The notes under the pieces were generated by a model. The model saw only the letters and a program-made list of their open reading frames with translations, was not told where the DNA came from and did no database searches. DNA of 63,373 bases, filler included. It is 7 parts of 7 records of this genome, joined end to end, with 100 filler letters (N's around TTAATTAATTAA, not from the genome) between each part and the next. Parts side by side here need not be neighbours in the genome. Positions count along the whole stretch, not along the records: positions 38,574 to 44,137 come from SRR31147125_42433; positions 44,238 to 50,113 come from SRR31147125_42445; positions 50,214 to 55,565 come from SRR31147125_42467; 4 more parts are not named here. One strand, written 5' to 3'. A program made the translations under genes and the position numbers. Of this stretch, positions 41,804 through 52,184 are shown piece by piece; positions within the stretch are counted from its first letter, which is position 1, and each line of letters begins with the position of its first letter.

Positions 41804-42733
41804 GTGAAAACCTATCTTATCCGCAGACTCTTCGGGGTGATTCCCATTCTGATCGGTATCTCATTTGTTTCCTTTTGCCTAATCAGCATCGCCCCCAGCG
41901 ATCCGGCCGAAGTGGCTCTGAGGGTTCAGGAGATCACGCCCACCCCCGAGGCAATCGAATTAACCCGCAAGGAACTCGGCCTGGATAAACCCTTTTTTCA
42001 ACGGTACATTTACTGGCTTACCGATGTGATCCAAGGGGATTTTGGAAAAAGCTATGTTAACAGTCGGCCCGTGGCAGATGAAATGGGCCGGGCCATGCCC
42101 GCCACCTTGGCCCTTGTGGGGGCCACTCTGGTCATCATCGTGACAATCAGCGTTGCAGGCGGGGTGGGCTGCGCCGTCTACGAGGGAAGCAAAGGGGACT
42201 TGGCCTTCCGGGGGCTGTTGTTCTGGATCTCGGCCATGCCCAGCTTTTGGGCGGGGCTGCTGCTCATGTGGGGTTTTTCCGTACAGTTGAACTGGCTGCC
42301 CACTTCTGGCATGGATAGTTTCTCTTCGGTGGTTCTGCCCGCCATTACCCTGGCCCTGGTCTATATCTCCACCTATTTCAGGTTGATCCGGAATACCATG
42401 ATCCGGAACAAGCAGGAAAACCACATCTTTTACGCCCGTTCCCTGGGGCTCAAAGAGAGTACCATCATCCGCCGGCTTTTCAAGAACTCCCTTCAATCCT
42501 CCCTGACGGCCCTTGGAATGTCCATTCCCAAGCTCATCGCAGGCACGGTGATCGTTGAAAACATTTTTGCCTGGCCCGGCGTCGGCCGCCTTTGCGTCAC
42601 TGCCATCTTTAACCGGGATTTTCCCATTATCCAGGCCTATGTGTTGATCATGGCCGTTGCGTTTGTGGTCTGCAGTCTTGCTGTGGACGTTATCAGCGTC
42701 ATGATCGATCCCCGGCTGGGAAAAGAGGTTTAA
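41804..42733 (+). CDS. nikB: Nickel/metallophore ABC permease
   Basis: GLDKP, GDFGKS, IVENIFAWPGVG, RDFP, DPRL. Confidence 0.88.
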   Translation: MKTYLIRRLFGVIPILIGISFVSFCLISIAPSDPAEVALRVQEITPTPEAIELTRKELGLDKPFFQRYIYWLTDVIQGDFGKSYVNSRPVADEMGRAMPATLALVGATLVIIVTISVAGGVGCAVYEGSKGDLAFRGLLFWISAMPSFWAGLLLMWGFSVQLNWLPTSGMDSFSSVVLPAITLALVYISTYFRLIRNTMIRNKQENHIFYARSLGLKESTIIRRLFKNSLQSSLTALGMSIPKLIAGTVIVENIFAWPGVGRLCVTAIFNRDFPIIQAYVLIMAVAFVVCSLAVDVISVMIDPRLGKEV

Positions 42734-43603
42734 ATGTTTCGGCAGCAACTTAAAAGAGACAAACTGGCACTTTTTTGCATCGGATTTCTTCTGCTGGTGG
42801 TGGTGGCTGGCGTTTTTGCTCCCCTCATCGCTCCCAACGATCCGGTGAAACCCCATATTATGGCCAAATTCAAGGGGATCTGCGCAACCTATCCCCTGGG
42901 TACGGATCACTTGGGCCGCTGCACCCTGTCCCGGTTACTCTACGGGATCCGGACCACGGTGCTGCTCTCCCTGGTCACCATGGCCTGCACTATTTTCATC
43001 GGCACCATTCTGGGGGTGATTTCGGGCTATTGGGGGCGCTGGGTGGACGAAACCATCATGCGAATCTGTGACATCATGCTCTCATTTCCCAGCGAAGTCA
43101 TGATCCTGGCCGTGGTGGGGATGCTGGGTCCCGGCATGTTCAACGTCATCCTGGCCAGCATCGTTGCCAAGTGGGCCTGGTACACCCGGATGATTCGGTC
43201 CGTGGTGGTGAACCACAGGTCTGACAACCATATCCGCTTTGCCCGGGTGTCGGGTTGCAGCGCCGGCCATATTATCCGGCGTCACCTCATGCCGGCCGTG
43301 GCCGGTGAGGTCAGTATCCTGGCCACCCTGGACACCGGCTGGGTCATTCTGGGTATTTCCGGCCTCTCCTTCCTGGGCCTGGGGGTCCAGGCCCCCACCC
43401 CGGAGTGGGGGATGATGCTCAACGAGGCCAAAAACATCATGATCACCCATCCCGGACAGATGCTGGCCCCGGGTTTGGCCATTCTGGCCGTGGTTGCGGC
43501 ATTTAACTTCCTTGGGGACAGCATTCAGAAGGCGCTGGATCCCAAACAATCGTCGGGGCGAGCACCGGAAGCTCCGACACTGAATGAGGGAGAGACCGCA
43601 TGA
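42734..43603 (+). CDS. nikC: Nickel/metallophore ABC permease
   Basis: LGTDHLGR, LSFLGLG...PEWG, FNFLGD. Confidence 0.88.
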   Translation: MFRQQLKRDKLALFCIGFLLLVVVAGVFAPLIAPNDPVKPHIMAKFKGICATYPLGTDHLGRCTLSRLLYGIRTTVLLSLVTMACTIFIGTILGVISGYWGRWVDETIMRICDIMLSFPSEVMILAVVGMLGPGMFNVILASIVAKWAWYTRMIRSVVVNHRSDNHIRFARVSGCSAGHIIRRHLMPAVAGEVSILATLDTGWVILGISGLSFLGLGVQAPTPEWGMMLNEAKNIMITHPGQMLAPGLAILAVVAAFNFLGDSIQKALDPKQSSGRAPEAPTLNEGETA

Positions 43604-44137
43604 GTCTTTTAACGGTAAAAGATCTTTCGGTTCGGGACCTTCGCACCGGCACGGTCCTGGTTCACAATATGGATTTCAACCTTGAGACCGATACCTGCCT
43701 CGGCATTGTGGGAGAAAGCGGCAGCGGAAAGACCCTGGCCTGCACCGCAATGCTCGGCCTTGCAAGCCCCTGGCTTGCCACATCCGGAGAAGTGTGGTTC
43801 GACAATACCAACCTTCTTTGCGCCTCGACCAAAACCCTGCAAAAAATCAGGGGGCTCGGATCGCCATGATTCTCCAGAATCCCATGACCGCCTTTGATCC
43901 CATTATCACCATTGGCCGCCAGATGGCCGAAGTCCTCCGTCAGAAAGCCGACTTTGATAAAGGGGGCTCGGGCCGTCTCCCTGGAGGCCCTGGAGAAGAT
44001 GAAGATCAGGGCACCGGAATCGGTGTATAATAAATATCCCCACCAGCTTTCAGGCGGCATGCTCCAACGCTGTATGATCGCCCTGACTCTGGCGCTGAAA
44101 CCCGACCTCATCATCGCGGACGAGCCCACCACCGCCC
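43600..44137 (+). CDS. nikD: ABC ATPase with two homopolymer frameshifts (~43850, ~43960), cut by contig end
   Basis: GESGSGKT Walker A, QNP Q-loop, YPHQLSGG and IIADEPT occur across three frames. Confidence 0.85.
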
Positions 44138-44237
44138 NNNNNNNNNNNNNNNNNNNNNNNNNNNNNNNNNNNNNNNNNNNNTTAATTAATTAANNNNNNN
44201 NNNNNNNNNNNNNNNNNNNNNNNNNNNNNNNNNNNNN
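44138..44237. other. Artificial contig linker
   Basis: N44-TTAATTAATTAA-N44. Confidence 0.98.
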
Positions 44238-44269
44238 CCTGTTCCCTACCCCACCTCCTCTTCACGCAC

Positions 44270-44438
44270 TCGCTGCCAAGTCCGTAAAGTATGACGCGCC
44301 AAACTCGATGAGAGTTGGCGGTTGGGCGCGGATGGCTTCTCGCGTGAACTCGCGGAGAATATTGGGCAGTCCAAAAGGGATCTTGAGGGCCGTCGCACCT
44401 GTGGCCGGGGGAGAGTCGTGGGAGACGGGGCTGCTCAT
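44270..44438 (-). CDS. First exon of a eukaryotic RIIa (PKA D/D-like, ropporin/Sp17-type) domain gene
   Basis: IPFGLPNILREFTREAIRAQPPTLIEFGASYFTDL, then splice donor GTGCGT. Confidence 0.75.
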
Positions 44439-44526
44439 CCTCCCGCCCACCCAACACAGGAAGAGGAATGACAGGGGTTTAATTAGATGATTCCCCTAAT
44501 TTAGTTTGTCATTAACCTCCCCCATC

Positions 44527-45573
44527 ATGGAAAACCCAGGTCCCTTGCGCCTTACGATTGACACCAACAAGATTGAACACAACGCACGTAGTGCTGTGGC
44601 TCTTTGTCATTCGGTTGGTGTGCACCACGTCATGGGAGTTACGAAAGCTGCACCGTTTCTTCCTGTGGCACGCGCCATGATCCGTGGAGGTGTGAAAAGC
44701 ATCGGAGACAGTCGCCTGGACAACGTACGAGGATTACGTCAGGGGCTACCAAACGACATCCCTGTGTTTCTGGTCCGCTCCCCTGCTCCATCCGAAGTAG
44801 AAGCGTGTGTGGCCCACGCAGACGGCAGTTTTAATGTTGACTCAATGGTTTTGGAGAAATTAGCAGCAACAGCGTCTCGTCAAGGGCGTGTGCATCGTGT
44901 GGTCCTCATGGTGGACGTGGACCACACACGTGAAGGAGTTTCTCCCTCTGAAGCTCCTGATCTGTGTCTTCGTATCCATACACAACTCCCAGGCCTGCAT
45001 TTGGAGGGTGTGGGTTCCTATTTCAGCTTCGGAAGCGATAGTTCCCACTGGGAGTCGTCTTTCCAACGCCTTGTGGGCGTAGCCCATGCCTCAGGTGAGG
45101 TGTGTGGTATGTCCCTTCCTGTTGTGAGTGGAGGATCAAGCAATGTGCTTGATTGGATAACATCCTCAACGCGTGCACGGGAGATTGCTGCGGGGAGCGG
45201 CATGGGACACCTCCGTCTTGGTACAGCCATTCTCTTGGGGCTTCGTCGATCCGGACCTCCCACCGTTCCGTATGAAGGGGTACATGACGATGCATGCCTG
45301 GCAGATGTCGAGATCATAGAACGCAAAACACGAGCCGATGGACGGATCGTAGCGTTGTGTGCCATGGGAGTCGTCGATGTGGATATCCGTTTCCTGTTTC
45401 CCACGTGGCCGGGTGTGCAAGTGCTAACAGCGTCCAGCGATCACACGATTCTTGATGTTACTGACGCCGGCCCTCCCGCTCCTGGTGTGGGCGATCGTGT
45501 TGCTTTCAAACTTGGTTATTATGCTCTCTCACGGCTAGCACTGTCTCCTTATGTGCGCTTACACTTTCTATGA
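44527..45573 (+). CDS. Intronless alanine/ornithine racemase-family PLP enzyme (bacterial type)
   Basis: IDTNKIEHNA, GVTK (PLP Lys), DSR, REG, SGGSS, LRLG..ILLG, ASSDH, Y.AL..L..SPYV. Confidence 0.8.
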   Translation: MENPGPLRLTIDTNKIEHNARSAVALCHSVGVHHVMGVTKAAPFLPVARAMIRGGVKSIGDSRLDNVRGLRQGLPNDIPVFLVRSPAPSEVEACVAHADGSFNVDSMVLEKLAATASRQGRVHRVVLMVDVDHTREGVSPSEAPDLCLRIHTQLPGLHLEGVGSYFSFGSDSSHWESSFQRLVGVAHASGEVCGMSLPVVSGGSSNVLDWITSSTRAREIAAGSGMGHLRLGTAILLGLRRSGPPTVPYEGVHDDACLADVEIIERKTRADGRIVALCAMGVVDVDIRFLFPTWPGVQVLTASSDHTILDVTDAGPPAPGVGDRVAFKLGYYALSRLALSPYVRLHFL

Positions 45574-45655
45574 CGACAATCTGCTGAATGAGAATGAATG
45601 GAAAATGAATTTTCATTCTCCTCCTCCCAACCCCCCACACACCGTCTGAGAAGAG

Positions 45656-47017
45656 ATGACAGAGGGTGGTGACACACCACGGGAGGCCGAGTGGGACAAT
45701 AGTGCGTGGGGTGGATAGGGAAGGGATACGAGTGACATGGGAACACACGCTAGTTGTCCGCTCGTTCATGGACTCGTTACGAGACGACCCAGACCTCGCT
45801 GTAGCCGTGGCAAGTATTCGTGCATTGACATTGGCTATCCGACGCAGTAAAGGTGGGGGTGGGAGACCGAGGGACCGAGCGGGGAGGGCTGTTGGTCACC
45901 ATCCAACCCACCGACCGCCCAGCGGAGACCATCATGGGACTTACGAATGAACTGAAGCGTGTGATTGAGATCTTGAAGAACACAAACCCCGACGGAGGGA
46001 CAACTGAGGTGTGTTCGGGATGTGAACTCTTCATGCAGTTTGTCACCAAGACACATCTCGACACACCGGTGCGTTGGATGTGACAGAGTCATCGTGTTCA
46101 TTCAATGCCAATGCGTTCCACAGGATTTCAATACATGTAAAGACGTTCTTATCGAACGGGGTGAACGCTACGGACAAATGTCGATTTCATCAAGGCAAAA
46201 GATTGCACACAACTCACAGCGATTCATCAGTGACGGTGCCGTATGTGGAACAACCAGAGACTCTGATGATCCATCCATTCTCCCACACTGTCTCTCCCTC
46301 AATCAAAGGTGATCTTGGCACACGGCTACTCGCGTGTTGTGCTCCAAGTTTTGATTGAAGCAGCCAAGCGCAACGTTAACTTTCATGTCATTGTCACAGA
46401 GTCCCGTCCGGATAATTCTTGGTGGGTTGTTTCCCGATGTGGATGGATCCATCCACATTGGGTGTGACGTGCAGACAGGAGACACACCGTCCCTTTGCTT
46501 GTGGAGCACGGTATTCCCGTGACGTTCATCTTTGATGCTGGTGTGAGCGTTGTCATGGATCGAGTATCCATGGTCCTTGTGGGGGCCGAAGGTGTTGTGG
46601 AGAATGGTGGAATCGTGAATAAGGCATGTGTGCTTGGTTGGACGGTTCGTGTTGTTCACAGAGACACGATACACTACTAGATCGGAACGTACCAGATAGC
46701 TATCGTCGCGCGGTCCCTGAAGAAGCCCTTCTACGTTGTTGCAGAGAGCTACAAGTTTCTTCGGACCTATCCCCTCACCCAACAGGATCTGAGTTTGTTG
46801 AAACTACGAAATCATAAGGTACTCCAGCTCTGGTTGTCTGTTTGCCGATGTTGACACATCCAAGATCGAGAATCTACCAGAAATTCCGTCATCTGTGAAA
46901 CTGGATCCCAGTTCGCATGACTATACTCCTCCGTCCCTCATCACCCTCCTTTTCACGGACTTGGGGGTGCTGACCCCCTCTGCCGTGTCCGATGAACTGA
47001 TCAAGCTCTATTACTAG
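45656..47017 (+). CDS. EIF2B1: Translation initiation factor eIF2B alpha subunit, 8 exons
   Basis: Introns 45702-45753, 45853-45922, 46069-46123, 46241-46308, 46422-46478, 46624-46680 (GC-AG), 46819-46864. The spliced product has [44 protein letters not shown] and DYTPP...[14 protein letters not shown]. Confidence 0.9.
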
Positions 47018-47173
47018 AACCAAATGCATAACAACATTCCAAAGAAAAGCCCGTCCCATCCCATCCCATCCCACACAATGTTCACGCCATCGCTGAGCGA
47101 AGAATGTGATCGTAGACATTGCCTTCTTTCATCCCCGCAGGGGCCGCAAGGTGTCTTGGGGGCCGAAAAAGTG

Positions 47174-50113
47174 TTACACGATCCGGCAATACACGGCGGA
47201 AACGTACTCGTCTGCAAATCCAAAGGCATCTACCAGTTCTAGGGCATGCATGCGAACCTCTATACACATATGAGGACACACACAGGCAACACGGGCAACA
47301 CAGGCAACATGCCTTGACAAAGTTTGGCAACTTCCATGTGAATTGCATGCGCCTTCCCTGATTTGATAATCTCCAAGTTGCGGAATGTGCCTGTCAAAGC
47401 ATCAGTCCTTCATCCTCGATCCTTGTTGCATGCAACACACCCATATCCCTTTCAATCCAGGACAGGGCGTACAAATCGCATAGTTTCTTGAGGATGGTTC
47501 GTATGGACGGATCCGTACAACGGTGCACCGTGTGGACGAATTGTTTGAGAATGACTAGCTCGATATGCGCCACTCCCATATGAACCAGTATATCCACTGA
47601 ATAACAATTAGGGACACGCCGTACAAAGAGAATAGAGATCGCACAGCATTTGTTCCAAGCATGGAATCCTTTCCGATGTTTGCGTGTCGCCCGTTGCAAA
47701 CGACGAACGGCCTCCTCCAGCAAAGAGTTGGCACGGAACCTGAACACACCCAACTAACAACGAGTAAATCATCACTTTCCGTTTCCAATCCGTATCACCT
47801 ACCTGGAACGTTGACGAGCGAAGGTGATGGGCCGCTCCGTATCGGGTAACCACTGGATTGCGCTTCTGAGATACACTCCTGGCACGCACACCAAGATACT
47901 GCATCGCCACTAACAAAAAGGTTAGCCTACCTTTCTGAACAAGATCTCCCGCGCCCAATCACGCACCACGCAGTTTCTTCCCAATGAACTGTTGCTTGTA
48001 CTGCAGCAACAAATCACGTGCCACTTGTTGCATAAGGACTGTATTATCACCTGTCCATGCATTCCGTCATCTGAACAAGCTGATCGGGACGGGCATTACC
48101 TTCAAAGGTTTGGAAGATGTCATGATCGTCACGGATCATCCCGATACGATTGAACGCGGAGTAGCTATCGATCATCTTGTAAGCGGCAATCCAACGCAAC
48201 ACAACCCAACTCAGCCCACGTACCCTTGCCCTCCCATGCTCTCGCGACACACCGACAAGGCTTCCATCACATACCACGACGTCACCGCCTTCAATCCCGA
48301 CGAAAGAACGTGAACCTCAGCGGTGGAATCGGGGCTCGGGTAGGCCTTGGCCGCTGCAATGCATTTGTGAAAAACAGCACATCACCGAAGGAGGAGGGTC
48401 CACGCACATGCGTAACGTTCCCACATATATTCCTTTGCAAAGATGAAGGCGTAGGCCGTCGCAAGCATCGGCATGAGTTTACGCTGGTGTGAGGAGTAAT
48501 CCAGGACCACTGCACACCAACACGATCAAGGGGCCCAACACAACCAACACAGTCGTCCGCATGAAGAAGGATACGCATTTCTTCTTCTCCTGGAAGACCG
48601 AATTGCCTCCTTTTGGCGGCATAGCTGTTGTATCCATATGTTGGCGAAGATTCACACGAGTAGCAAGCAACACACACACCGGGTGGCAACAGTAACAGCG
48701 TAATTCAAGTGGACAGAAGATCCGCCAACGATGGACACACGACCTGTCGTGAGCTCACCAAGAAGCGCAGCGAAACGTTTGCCTGTTCATTACCATTTGA
48801 ATGAAGGAGTACAAGAGGGGACGCATTACCTGCCGAGGGAAGGGGACTCGTATAGATCCCGTCTTCTGTAACATCACCAAAGCGGTTGAGAAGGTTCTCA
48901 CGAGGGACGCGGACGTGGTTGAAGCGAATCCATCCATTGTCGATTCCATGAAGGCCCTGCCAAAGGTTCGTGGGTTGACATGCGTGACGAGCGACGAGAA
49001 GTCCCATTCATACCACTTTGGGTCCACAATCGCCAATGGAAACACCCGGAAGGACTTCATGGGTCACCATATCGCGAATCGGAACAAGGAAGACATGAAC
49101 GCCGTAGTTTTCGTCTCCAATGATGAGATTTGCGAAGACACTCGCCATCTTCCCGTGTACTACATGAACATTGTGTGAGCCTAGACACCGTCCCACGTGC
49201 AGTGCATACGAGCTGCATTGCCCAGCCACCATTTTGTGGCCATCACAGTGGGAGAGTGGATATCGAATTCCATGGTCGCTCGGTCATAACGTGCCTGTAC
49301 ACACACAGAATCGGAAGGCGCCGCTTGAATCAACGACAAACCTCCGTCTCCAGGCCTCGAACGTTTGATCCGTGTCCAAGCTCCGTCATAGCAAAGGCTC
49401 CGGGCAGTTCCAGTGAGTTGACCATGGGAATATACTTTTCGTGCCTCTCGGACCCCTGTGCACCCAACACCATTACCTATGGATGCGTGTGTATAGCACA
49501 ATCTCTTACCAGATTCACAATGGTTCCACCGAATAACGTGAACTGCACGCCCGCTTTCACCTGAACCCCAACAGAATTCATTTTCGCTCCTTCCTTCTCT
49601 CCTTGAATCCACGTACGGCCATAGAGGCATCAACGATACCAATGGCCTCCATCAATTTCAAGTAGCGCATGGGATTCAACTTAATATCGCTGTATGGCGA
49701 TGTGGTTTCATATCCCGCCGACGCGTCGAACGGACCGAAACGTACCGCACATCGATCATGTTATGGGAACCCAATGTCTTCAACTAGGAGTCGTCATGTG
49801 TCGTCATCTCATCACGTCAGGCCACTCAGAAGCCCCACGCACCTGTTGCAGTGCCCGATCGCGCCACTCTTCCTTTGTCATTTCAAAACGGACGCGAAAG
49901 AGGGGATCCTTATCCACCTTAGCCTTAATTCGCATTTTCTCCTGTACGTGGGGCCTTGAATGTGAGTACGGGACGGCTCTTCCCAGGACAGACGGGTTCC
50001 ACCTCAAGCATGGCTCCTTGCAATAGGACAAAGAGCTTGTCCACATCGATCTTAATGGTTTGAGTGGCAGCACACTCCTCAATGTGAAGTCTGGCAAGGG
50101 GACAGGAGACCAT
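47174..50113 (-). CDS. Acyl-CoA oxidase, multi-exon, 5' end beyond contig
   Basis: Exonic motifs [68 protein letters not shown] and LVDAFG, separated by 50-70-nt GT/GC-AG introns. Confidence 0.88.
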
Positions 50114-50213
50114 NNNNNNNNNNNNNNNNNNNNNNNNNNNNNNNNNNNNNNNNNNNNTTAATTAATTAANNNNNNNNNNNNNNNNNNNNNNNNNNNNNNN
50201 NNNNNNNNNNNNN
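50114..50213. other. Artificial contig linker
   Basis: N44-TTAATTAATTAA-N44. Confidence 0.98.
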
Positions 50214-50936
50214 TACATACATTGTGCCGCCGCCTGTAACCATAACACCGCCAGATGCATTTTTGGTAGTTCTGATAGTTGTGTCAGATACTGTAACTAC
50301 TGTGTCTTCACCATATGAGAATATGCCGTTTGCACCTTCTGCTGTTGTATTAACTTGTGCATTTTCTATAGTTACATTAGCACCGTTTAGTGCGAGCAAT
50401 CCTGCATTTAAACCGTAGAAACTGCTGGCATCACCGCTGGTTGTTTCGCCTGCAGTTTTGTTGATTACAGCGTTTGTTAATGTTACTTCTTCGCCGTCAA
50501 CTCTTACCGCATTCTCTGTATCGCCTGTTGATTCGTATGTTTCATCTGTAGAATCATCAGTTAGTAAAGCTGCATATGTTCCATGGTCTACAGTAGTTTC
50601 GCCGCCTGGCATTCCGCCTGTACCGCCTTCAGGAGGTTCTCCGTCGGGTTTTTCGCCCATATCCTCAGGAGGATCTCCATCGGGTTTTTCGCCCATGCCC
50701 TCTGGTGGCTCTCCATCAGGTTTTTCACCCATATCTTCAGGTGGTTCTCCATCAGGTTTTTCACCATCAGGTGGTTCCATGCCTTCTGTTGATGTGTTTT
50801 CCTCATCGGTTGTTGTAGTGGTTTCTTCATCTGTTGACTCTGTAGAGTCTGCTGTGCTATCACATGCTGTAAATAGTAAAATATTAAATACAATAAAGAT
50901 AGCAATTATTAGTAATTTATAATTTTTATTTCGCAT
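50214..50936 (-). CDS. Lipoprotein with G/P/E/M repeats and a beta-helix-like domain, cut by contig end
   Basis: Lipobox FTAC, GEKPDGEPPE(D/G)M repeats, SSFYGLNAG...GANGIFSYG. Confidence 0.75.
50631..50768 (-). repeat. ~4 x 36-nt coding tandem repeat (GEKPDGEPPExM)
   Basis: Recurrent ccatcaggtttttcacccat / ccatcgggtttttcgcccat units. Confidence 0.8.
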
Positions 50937-51064
50937 TGTTATCCTCCTAATTTCTGATTATATTCGGATTATAAATAGTCAACCTTAAATAAAACTGAAA
51001 ATTGGAATAAATTAGAATAAAAATTTTATATGATAATGTATGATAGTGTCGTTTTTTAATTTTA

Positions 51065-51131
51065 GGGATTGTTGAAAAATATTATTACTCAACAAGCCAT
51101 TATTAATAAATTGACTTTATTCAACAACCCC
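51065..51131. repeat. Short inverted-repeat element (MITE/REP-like)
   Basis: GGGATTGTTGAAAAA ... TTTATTCAACAACCCC; the same end recurs at 55539. Confidence 0.5.
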
Positions 51132-51141
51132 TTTTAACAGC

Positions 51142-51783
51142 TTACTTTTTGTGCCTAGTGCTTATTTTTATGTTAACGGTTAAAATGGTGATTATAGTAT
51201 TTAATAAAAATGCACCAGAAATAATTAATGATACAGCCATTATGTTATCGGTGTTTACAGAGTATACAAGAAAGAATGTACTATTACAAATTAATCCAAT
51301 GATTTCTACTAATAGCTCAATGTAGAATAGCTGTTTTTTTACAAGTAAAGTGTCGTCTTTGTTTTTGTCATATCCAGCTATAATTGAATAATCGTTAGTT
51401 TTGATGCTGTTAAAAAAAACTATATGAATAATCATTATAAAAAACGTAATTAACATTGGAGTAATAAACACAGGCATAGCGTATATCTGCCCTAGAGTGG
51501 CAAAGAGGATGTGCAAAGATAATATGAATATATTTACAAGGAACAATATTTTATTAATTTTTGTGTTATAAGATTTTAGTGCTTTTTCATTTGAAAATAA
51601 GTAGTCAATTTCGACTTCAAAATAATCAGCAATATTTTTAATAATCTCCGCATCTGGCTCTGATTTGTTTCTCTCCCAATTGGATATTGCCTGCCTTGTA
51701 ACATTAAGATGCTTTGCCAGTTCACCTTGGGAAATATGTTTTTCTTTCCTTAAGCAAAGTATAGCCTTGCCGATGTTAACCAT
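51142..51783 (-). CDS. XRE-family HTH regulator with C-terminal membrane domain
   Basis: SQGELA...VTRQAISNWE...EPD, then 4 TM segments and an IAGY motif. Confidence 0.85.
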   Translation of the reverse strand: MVNIGKAILCLRKEKHISQGELAKHLNVTRQAISNWERNKSEPDAEIIKNIADYFEVEIDYLFSNEKALKSYNTKINKILFLVNIFILSLHILFATLGQIYAMPVFITPMLITFFIMIIHIVFFNSIKTNDYSIIAGYDKNKDDTLLVKKQLFYIELLVEIIGLICNSTFFLVYSVNTDNIMAVSLIISGAFLLNTIITILTVNIKISTRHKK

Positions 51784-52184
51784 AAATCATACTCCTTAAT
51801 TTGGTATAATATGATTATAAGTTTAAGAGATGTTTATTGCAATTAGTATTACTTTGCTTTTTAGCAATAGTTTGTTGCTAGTTAGGTTTACACAAAGCAA
51901 CTAGCCTATGATTTATAATAAAATTCCTTAATTTTGCTTACCTGTTAATAACAAATTAGGCTATTTTGTAGTTTTTTAAATAGTAGATTCCATTTATTTG
52001 ATGTTTATATTTATTGACTAATCACAGAAGCATAGTGATAGATTTTTAGTAAGTTCAGACTCTGGCTGCGTATAGAATATTAAAATAGCATACAAGCAAA
52101 CAAATGGTACAATGCAGACTCCAAAAGGCAGTGGGGTATGCTTAGCATAAGTTTTTATTGAATGCATATTTTATGGGATTTTTA

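Noticed and set aside
40119-42910. Long antisense ORFs (390 aa, 316 aa) opposite nikA/nikB
   Set aside because: Shadow ORFs of GC3-rich coding sequence, with no recognisable motifs.
43600-44137. Phase variation or programmed frameshifting in nikD
   Set aside because: Two short homopolymer deletions near a contig end, the same error pattern seen across the window.
45574-50113. Numerous short ORFs in the track read as bacterial small genes
   Set aside because: They are exon/intron read-through fragments or antisense frames of eIF2B-alpha and ACOX.
52018-52167. 49-aa minus-strand ORF (MHSIKTYAKH...) with a hydrophobic stretch
   Set aside because: No RBS or recognisable motif; it cannot be distinguished from a chance ORF.
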